Shown: positions 58,437 to 64,000 of the stretch, piece after piece
Numbering within the stretch: position 1 is the stretch's first letter
Layout: every line of letters begins with the position of its first letter
DNA from: Spirochaetia bacterium UBA6919
Lineage (GTDB): Bacteria; Spirochaetota; UBA6919
Length of the DNA stretch: 64,000 bases
Assembly: GCA_002450905.1 (NCBI GenBank)
Contig: DKAT01000049.1
Location: 11,554-75,553, forward strand
Direction: 5' to 3'
Program-made: the position numbers and the translations under genes
The notes under the pieces: generated by a model
Told to the model about the DNA's origin: nothing
The model's input: the letters and a program-made list of their open reading frames with translations, nothing else
The model's database searches: none

Positions 58437-58832
58437 CTATTTTCCAAGTATTTTTAAAGCTTTTTTAATTGTAAAGATAACATGCTCATCTTCTTCTATT
58501 TTTAATCGATTTTGGAGAGGATTAAGAGCTTTTGAATCACCAATTTTACCAAGAGCTTCTGCTGAATAAAGACGAACTGACCACTCGGGATCATTTAGAG
58601 TCTTAATAAGAGAGTCCACCGCATTTTTACTTTTCAATCTACCAAGAGATTGTGCTGCTTGTGCCCTTATATAGCCACTTTTACTCTTGTTCAGAGCTTG
58701 TATTAAATATTCCTCATCTTTTTTATTTTCATGTTCACGAATTTGGTCAAATCGATAAGTTGTACAAGAAAAAAGAAATAAGAGAATAGTTAAAATTTTA
58801 AATAAATTGTAATGACTTAAATTGGTTATCAT
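58437..58832 (-). CDS. HEAT/PBS-lyase-repeat lipoprotein
   Basis: Lipobox-like LFSC leader. Repeats IRAQAAQSLGRLKSKNAVDSLIKTLNDPEWSVRLYSAEALGKIGDSKA are the HEAT_2/PBS lyase pattern. Confidence 0.55.
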   Translation of the reverse strand: MITNLSHYNLFKILTILLFLFSCTTYRFDQIREHENKKDEEYLIQALNKSKSGYIRAQAAQSLGRLKSKNAVDSLIKTLNDPEWSVRLYSAEALGKIGDSKALNPLQNRLKIEEDEHVIFTIKKALKILGK

Positions 58833-59062
58833 TTTATATCTTTGTCAACAGAAAATTAAAATATGAAAAATATCAATTTTTACACAGAAAACAAGTATTT
58901 TTTTATATCGATATAGAATATTTATAAATTATCGTATATACTCTATTGAAATCTAAATATAAATTGAATAATAGATATCTTTATAAATTTACAAAAATAC
59001 TTTCATTTTTTATTTGTATTATTATATTATCCTTAGAAAATAACAGGATATGGAGGTTGTCT

Positions 59063-60346
59063 GTGGGACAGTTTATTGTTGAGGGAGGTCATCAGCTTAA
59101 GGGAAGTATATATCCTCAAGGGAATAAAAATGAAGCTCTCCCTGTTTTAGCTGGTGTTATTTTAACAAAGGAGAAGGTGCGTATAAAGAATTTACCAAGA
59201 ATCATAGATGTCCTCCATATGATCGATATTTTAAAAAGTGTTGGAGTTGAAGTTGAACAACACGATGATCATGATTATTCTTTCCAGGCTGTAAATGTCT
59301 ATCCTTTGGAACTGGATGTTGAACTTGCACGAAAATTACGGGGATCCTTCACGATGGTAGCCCCTCTCATTACACGGAGCCAGCATGTAAAGTTCCCAAA
59401 ACCTGGTGGAGACAAAATTGGAAGAAGGCGTATTGATACACACATCCATGCGTTAAGCTTATTAGGAGTTCATATAGAAGTTTTGGATGATGGGTATGTG
59501 TTTACATGTAATTCATCCCTTATAGGACAAGATATATTATTGGATGAGGCATCGGTTACGGCAACAGAGAATGCTATTATGGCGGCCTCATTAGCTAAAG
59601 GGATTACAATTATACGAAATGCAGCCAGTGAACCTCATGTCCAGCAGCTATGTCATTTTATTAACCGATTAGGTGGGAAGATTAGCGGTATAGGAAGTAA
59701 TATATTAACAATAGAAGGGGTAAATGAGTTGGGAGGTGGAGAACACGAGATTGCTGCAGATTATTTAGAGGTGGGTAGTTTCATTGGAATGGCGGTCGTA
59801 ACGCATAGTGAGATAACAATTAAAAATGCAGGTTTACAATATCTCAGGATGATTTTAAAAGTATATGAAAAGCTTGGAATTCATGTAATTCAAGAAGGAG
59901 AAGATATATTTGTTCCTGGTAATCAATCTCTTAAAATCATTTCCGATTATCATGGAGCCATTACAAAAATTGATGATGCTCCCTGGCCTGGTTTTCCTGC
60001 AGATTTAACGAGTATTGCTCTTGTCATAGCGACTCAATGTGATGGAACGGTGTTGATATTTGAGAAGATGTTTGAGAGTAGATTATTTTTTGTTGATAAA
60101 CTGATAAATATGGGTGCTAAAATAGTTTTATGCGATCCTCATCGGGCAGTTGTAATCGGTCCTTCCCAGCTAATAGGGGAGGAATTAACTAGTCCTGATA
60201 TACGGGCTGGAGTGGCATTATTAATAGCAGCTTTATCAGCCAAGGGAAAGAGCGTAATTCATAATATTGTGCAAATTGACAGAGGATATGAGAGAATTGA
60301 TGAACGATTAAAATCACTGGGAGCAAAGATTGAAAGAGTGATTTAA
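59063..60346 (+). CDS. murA: UDP-N-acetylglucosamine 1-carboxyvinyltransferase MurA, Asp variant at the fosfomycin-target Cys position
   Basis: Start at GTG 59063, 6 nt after GGAGG. The ORF-track extension upstream has no homology. EPSP-synthase-like fold. The active-site loop reads [13 protein letters not shown] where E. coli has LPGGCAIGARPVD. Confidence 0.9.
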   Translation: MGQFIVEGGHQLKGSIYPQGNKNEALPVLAGVILTKEKVRIKNLPRIIDVLHMIDILKSVGVEVEQHDDHDYSFQAVNVYPLELDVELARKLRGSFTMVAPLITRSQHVKFPKPGGDKIGRRRIDTHIHALSLLGVHIEVLDDGYVFTCNSSLIGQDILLDEASVTATENAIMAASLAKGITIIRNAASEPHVQQLCHFINRLGGKISGIGSNILTIEGVNELGGGEHEIAADYLEVGSFIGMAVVTHSEITIKNAGLQYLRMILKVYEKLGIHVIQEGEDIFVPGNQSLKIISDYHGAITKIDDAPWPGFPADLTSIALVIATQCDGTVLIFEKMFESRLFFVDKLINMGAKIVLCDPHRAVVIGPSQLIGEELTSPDIRAGVALLIAALSAKGKSVIHNIVQIDRGYERIDERLKSLGAKIERVI

Positions 60347-60349
60347 ATA

Positions 60350-61702
60350 TTATCTTAAAAGTTTGGAAAGATCTTTTCCAGAGATTAAATTAATTGGTCG
60401 GGCTTCTGCAAAATCGATAGCTTGATTTGAAAAACCAGTTGCGGAAATACAAATTGCTTTATGGAGCCCACTTTCCTGCTTTAATTGCTCAGCGATTTCT
60501 CTTACAATTCTATCTCCTAGTGGTTCATTCTGGCGATATACCCTAACTAATAATTTTTGGACTCTAATATCATTTATACCGAGTTTTTCCAGAACAATGA
60601 ATACAGCTAATACACTTCCTACTGAGACCACCTCAACAACTTCTAAACCTAATTTCATCAGTACTTTTCTGCAGAGTTCTTCAAAAGCGGGATTAGAAGC
60701 TACAAAAAAATCTTTTAAAGTATCTTCCATTCTTAAATCAGAATAATTTGCCAGCTTTTCATTGACATCCCTAAAATTTGGTTGACTTGCAATAATTTTT
60801 TCCCACTGCTCAATTGCTGCTGCTATATTTTTCTCTTGTTCATAGGCATTTGCCAGATAATAACGGATATTTCGGGCAATATTATCTTCTTCTTTTATAA
60901 GCGCGACAGCTTTATCGAATTCAACAATAGCTTGTGCCAGATTTCCTAATTCATTTAATATTATACCTTTTTGATACAAAGATCGAAGCCTGTATTCTTT
61001 CTCACGGGAAGCTATATCAAATTGCTGAAGAGCTTTTTGATAGTTTTTAACCTGGAAATTGACCATTCCAATATAGAAATTAGCTTTGTAATAATACTTA
61101 TCAAGATTGATACACTTTTCCAGATCATGAAGAGCTTCACTGTTTAATTTAAGATGGTATTTTGCTATTCCTGAATAGAAGAGTGAATCAATATGATTTG
61201 GATTAATTTCTAATGCTTTTTTGAGGAAATGGGCTGCTTGTTCGTATCGTTCTTTTTCGATATAAATTCTACCGATTTCTGAATAACTTTTATAATTTTC
61301 TGGATCAATTTGGACGATGAGGAGAAATTCTTTTTGAGCTTCTTCTAATTGCTGGATATGAAGAAATATTTCAGCAAGTCTAAGTCGAGTCATGGTTTCA
61401 GAAATGTTTTTTGTATATTTATTGAGACGTAAGACTTTTTTGTATTCAGGTAATGCCCATTCATAATTATCTGAGAGGTAGTAAGATTCTGCAAGATAGA
61501 AATGAGCTTCTGAGTTGGAGTCATCTTTTGCAATAAGGGTTTTTAAGATTTCTATGGATTTTGAATAATCTTTTATTTTAATCAACTTGACAGCATTATC
61601 AATACGGCTTGATGTACTTGATCCTTTCAGTAAATAGACTACTAGAGCGATGATTCCAAGTGTCAATATTATTATTATTACAATAAATAAGGGATTATCC
61701 AT
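60350..61702 (-). CDS. Membrane-anchored TPR-repeat protein with a C-terminal Mrr-cat-like (restriction-endonuclease fold) domain
   Basis: N-terminal TM (LFIVIIIILTLGIIALVVYLL), about 8 TPR-like repeats (AHFYLAESYY..., YSEIGRIYIEKERYEQAAHFLKKALEINP...), and a C-terminus ...IRVQKLLVRVY...ATGFSNQAIDFAEARPINLISGKDLSKLL that resembles the Mrr_cat terminal motif. Confidence 0.55.
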   Translation of the reverse strand: MDNPLFIVIIIILTLGIIALVVYLLKGSSTSSRIDNAVKLIKIKDYSKSIEILKTLIAKDDSNSEAHFYLAESYYLSDNYEWALPEYKKVLRLNKYTKNISETMTRLRLAEIFLHIQQLEEAQKEFLLIVQIDPENYKSYSEIGRIYIEKERYEQAAHFLKKALEINPNHIDSLFYSGIAKYHLKLNSEALHDLEKCINLDKYYYKANFYIGMVNFQVKNYQKALQQFDIASREKEYRLRSLYQKGIILNELGNLAQAIVEFDKAVALIKEEDNIARNIRYYLANAYEQEKNIAAAIEQWEKIIASQPNFRDVNEKLANYSDLRMEDTLKDFFVASNPAFEELCRKVLMKLGLEVVEVVSVGSVLAVFIVLEKLGINDIRVQKLLVRVYRQNEPLGDRIVREIAEQLKQESGLHKAICISATGFSNQAIDFAEARPINLISGKDLSKLLR

Positions 61703-61704
61703 AT

Positions 61705-62613
61705 TTACCTCTTTAAATTCTTTTCTAATAATTGATTTATCATTTCATAGCTTTCTTTCGCTTTATAAGAACTTCGTACGAAGGGCGATGAGTGAACTAT
61801 TTTAAGACCTTTTGACAAGGCAATTTTTTTATAGTAATCAAATTTGTCCTGGGGAATATACTCCCGAACAGGATAATTTTTTAATGACGGTTGGAGATAT
61901 TGTCCTATTGTAAGAATATCACACTGGACAGAAGTCAGATCGTTTATAAGTTGTATAATTTCATTTTCTGATTCACCCAGACCAAGCATAACACCAGATT
62001 TTGTTATCATTCCAGGGTTGATTTTTTTTACAAGTTCCAGAACTTTTAATGAAATAGAATATGAACCCTGTTTACGGATAACTGGAGTAAGTCTTTCAAT
62101 TGTTTCTAAATTATGATTATAGACCTGAGGAATGGCATTGAGGATTTTTTGAATTGAATTAATATTTCCCTTGAAATCAGGGGTTAAGACCTCAATAAGA
62201 CTATTTGGATTTGTTAATTTTATTTCATTTATTGTTTTGACAAAATGTGAAGCTCCGCCATCAAGGAGATCATCCCGTGCCACACTAGTAATGACCACGA
62301 AAAGAAGATTAAGTTCTCGGACGATTTCGGCTATGCGACGTGGCTCATTTTCATCTAGAGGGGGCATCATTTGCTTCATGAGAGCAGAAGTGTTATCTAC
62401 AGAGCAATACAGACAACTTCTTGTGCAAGATTTCCCCATGATAAGGAATGTTGCTGTTTTATCATGGTAACATTCACTCTTATTTGGGCATTTAGCTTCT
62501 TCACACACTGTATTCAGATTGTATGACTTCAAAAGATTTTTTAATTCCTGATTATTGTCAGTGTAAAAAAGCCTTTTTTTTATCCAATCTGGTTTTTTTA
62601 ATAGTTCTCGCAT
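61705..62613 (-). CDS. lipA: Lipoyl synthase (radical SAM)
   Basis: N-terminal auxiliary-cluster Cys motif (CEEAKCPNKSEC) and the radical-SAM CxxxCxxC (CTRSCLYCSV). Confidence 0.9.
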   Translation of the reverse strand: MRELLKKPDWIKKRLFYTDNNQELKNLLKSYNLNTVCEEAKCPNKSECYHDKTATFLIMGKSCTRSCLYCSVDNTSALMKQMMPPLDENEPRRIAEIVRELNLLFVVITSVARDDLLDGGASHFVKTINEIKLTNPNSLIEVLTPDFKGNINSIQKILNAIPQVYNHNLETIERLTPVIRKQGSYSISLKVLELVKKINPGMITKSGVMLGLGESENEIIQLINDLTSVQCDILTIGQYLQPSLKNYPVREYIPQDKFDYYKKIALSKGLKIVHSSPFVRSSYKAKESYEMINQLLEKNLKR

Positions 62614-62866
62614 AGTTAAACAGATTTTTTTTATTTCTCATCGGATTTTAACTTGAATAATTTAATCTATCCGAAATAAATTATTAAAATTAATTATTAT
62701 AATATAACAAAAGAATTTATATATACCACACATTTATTTTATTAATGGATAATTCACTATTTAAATATTTGACATTGCTTGTTGTGATTAGTAAATTTCA
62801 TGACTACATTTATAGGTCGATGATCTCTTTTATTAAATATCTTGAAACATTGATCAAGGAAGAAAC

Positions 62867-64000
62867 ATGGCAGATCCAAGCAATCCACTTATAGTTCAGA
62901 GCGACCAAACCATTTTTTTAGAGGTGCATCATCCAAGATACCAGGAAATCAGAGATAAGTTATCCTTTTTTGCTGAACTTGTTAAATCACCAGAACATAT
63001 TCACAGTTATCGAATCACTCCTCTATCAATATGGAATGCTGCATCCTCAGGCGTATTATATGATGATATCAAAGATTTTCTTTGTGTGAATACAAAATAT
63101 GATATATCACCGAATGTATATTCTAATATAGAACAATATTTTCAGAGATATGGCAAGCTAAAATTACTTAAGACAGAGGATGAAAATGTTTTATTCTTAA
63201 CCTCTGATGATCAACTATTGCTTGAAGAAATTCAAGGGTATAAAGAAATTAGCAAGTTGATTCTAAGAACAGACAGCAAAAAAAATATGTATATTCATCT
63301 CTTACAGCGGGGTAATATTAAACAGAAGCTTATTGATATTGGGTATCCGGTAGATGACCAGGTGGGATTTAGCGAAGGAGAGCCATTTTATTTTAGTTTA
63401 CGTGAACAATTAATATCAGGAGATAAATTCACGTTACGACCCTATCAAATTGAAGCGTCAAATACATTTTACCAAAATGGACATGAAAGAGGTGGTTATG
63501 GAGTCATAGTTTTACCCTGTGGATCTGGAAAAACCGTTGTTGGAATATCGGTTATGGAAAAAGTGCAATGCTCAACCCTTATTCTTACAACGAATATAGC
63601 AGCCTGTCATCAATGGATAAGGGAATTAACTGAAAAAACATCTATTTCCAAGGATGATATAGGTGAATTTACTGGTGAGAGAAAGGAAATCAAATCAATC
63701 ACCGTTGCTACGTATCAGATTATTATTCGCAAAAGTCGAAAGAGCAATGATTTTCCATACTTCTATTTATTCAGAGAAAAGAATTGGGGACTGATAATCT
63801 ATGATGAAGTCCACCTGCTCCCTGCTCCAGTATTCAGAATCACTGCAGATATCCAGTCGAAAAGACGTTTAGGGCTTACAGCAACTTTAATTCGTGAAGA
63901 CAACAAGGAACGGAATGTATTTTCACTTATCGGACCCAAGCGATATGATGTTCCATGGAAGGAATTGGAAAAAAAGGGTTTTATCGCTGAAGCTCTATGT
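62867..64000 (+). CDS. XPB/Ssl2-like SF2 DNA helicase (partial; runs off the window end)
   Basis: ATG at 62867. N-terminal damage-recognition-like domain, Walker A LPCGSGKT, DEVH box, and the XPB-specific RED motif (ATLIREDNKE). No stop codon before the window end. Confidence 0.75.
   Translation, partial: MADPSNPLIVQSDQTIFLEVHHPRYQEIRDKLSFFAELVKSPEHIHSYRITPLSIWNAASSGVLYDDIKDFLCVNTKYDISPNVYSNIEQYFQRYGKLKLLKTEDENVLFLTSDDQLLLEEIQGYKEISKLILRTDSKKNMYIHLLQRGNIKQKLIDIGYPVDDQVGFSEGEPFYFSLREQLISGDKFTLRPYQIEASNTFYQNGHERGGYGVIVLPCGSGKTVVGISVMEKVQCSTLILTTNIAACHQWIRELTEKTSISKDDIGEFTGERKEIKSITVATYQIIIRKSRKSNDFPYFYLFREKNWGLIIYDEVHLLPAPVFRITADIQSKRRLGLTATLIREDNKERNVFSLIGPKRYDVPWKELEKKGFIAEALC

Overview
This is an AT-rich bacterial chromosomal segment read with the standard genetic code. 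I found no rRNA, CRISPR array, transposase, integrase or phage genes.

Layout, left to right:
- 1–14.6 kb: housekeeping genes (nth, rpmA/rplU, rpiB-aroE plus a membrane protein, guaB-guaA, a patatin-ferredoxin fusion, an Fe-S aldo/keto reductase) and a Cpx-like envelope-stress module (a Spy/CpxP-family gene, then an OmpR-type response regulator and a histidine kinase).
- 14.74–14.95 kb: two minus-strand tRNAs, elongator tRNA-Met(CAU) and initiator tRNA-fMet.
- 15.0–20.7 kb: an accessory-looking island next to the tRNAs. It holds a tandem pair of class III nucleotidyl-cyclase paralogues (one fused to a receiver domain with a degenerate active site, one apparently catalytic), several secreted proteins of unknown function, and a repeat lipoprotein gene broken by a frameshift in an A10 tract.
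- 20.9–48.5 kb: one co-directional flagellar super-operon of about 27.6 kb. Gene order is flgB-flgC-fliE-fliF-[no fliG]-fliH-fliI-fliJ-SLT-MgtE_N protein-fliK-flgD-flgE-flbD-motA-motB-fliL-fliM-fliY-fliO/Z-fliP-fliQ-fliR-flhB-flhA-flhF-flhG-membrane protein-fliA(sigma-28)-FapA(DUF342)-TM/HTH protein. This is the Bacillus/spirochaete/Thermotoga style, but there are no che genes and no fliG in the window.
- 49.5–52.1 kb: a translationally coupled Hsp70 paralogue and a J-domain/HEAT-repeat protein (HscC/DjlC-like).
- 52.3–64.0 kb: accC-accB-efp-aroQ, an MBL-fold hydrolase, an orphan BMC-H shell protein between a HEAT-repeat lipoprotein and a small OMP-like gene, murA, a TPR/Mrr-cat membrane protein, lipA, and the start of an XPB-like helicase.

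Five observations seem most worth follow-up:
- A phased 3x TTTCCCAT motif with 11-bp spacing occurs twice in the window.
- The BCCP (AccB) biotinyl-lysine codon reads AAT (Asn).
- MurA has Asp in place of the fosfomycin-target Cys.
- The IMPDH homologue lacks the CBS pair.
- There is a CpxR-box-like direct repeat upstream of the Spy-like gene.

All calls rest on motif and family recognition by eye. No database searches were run.
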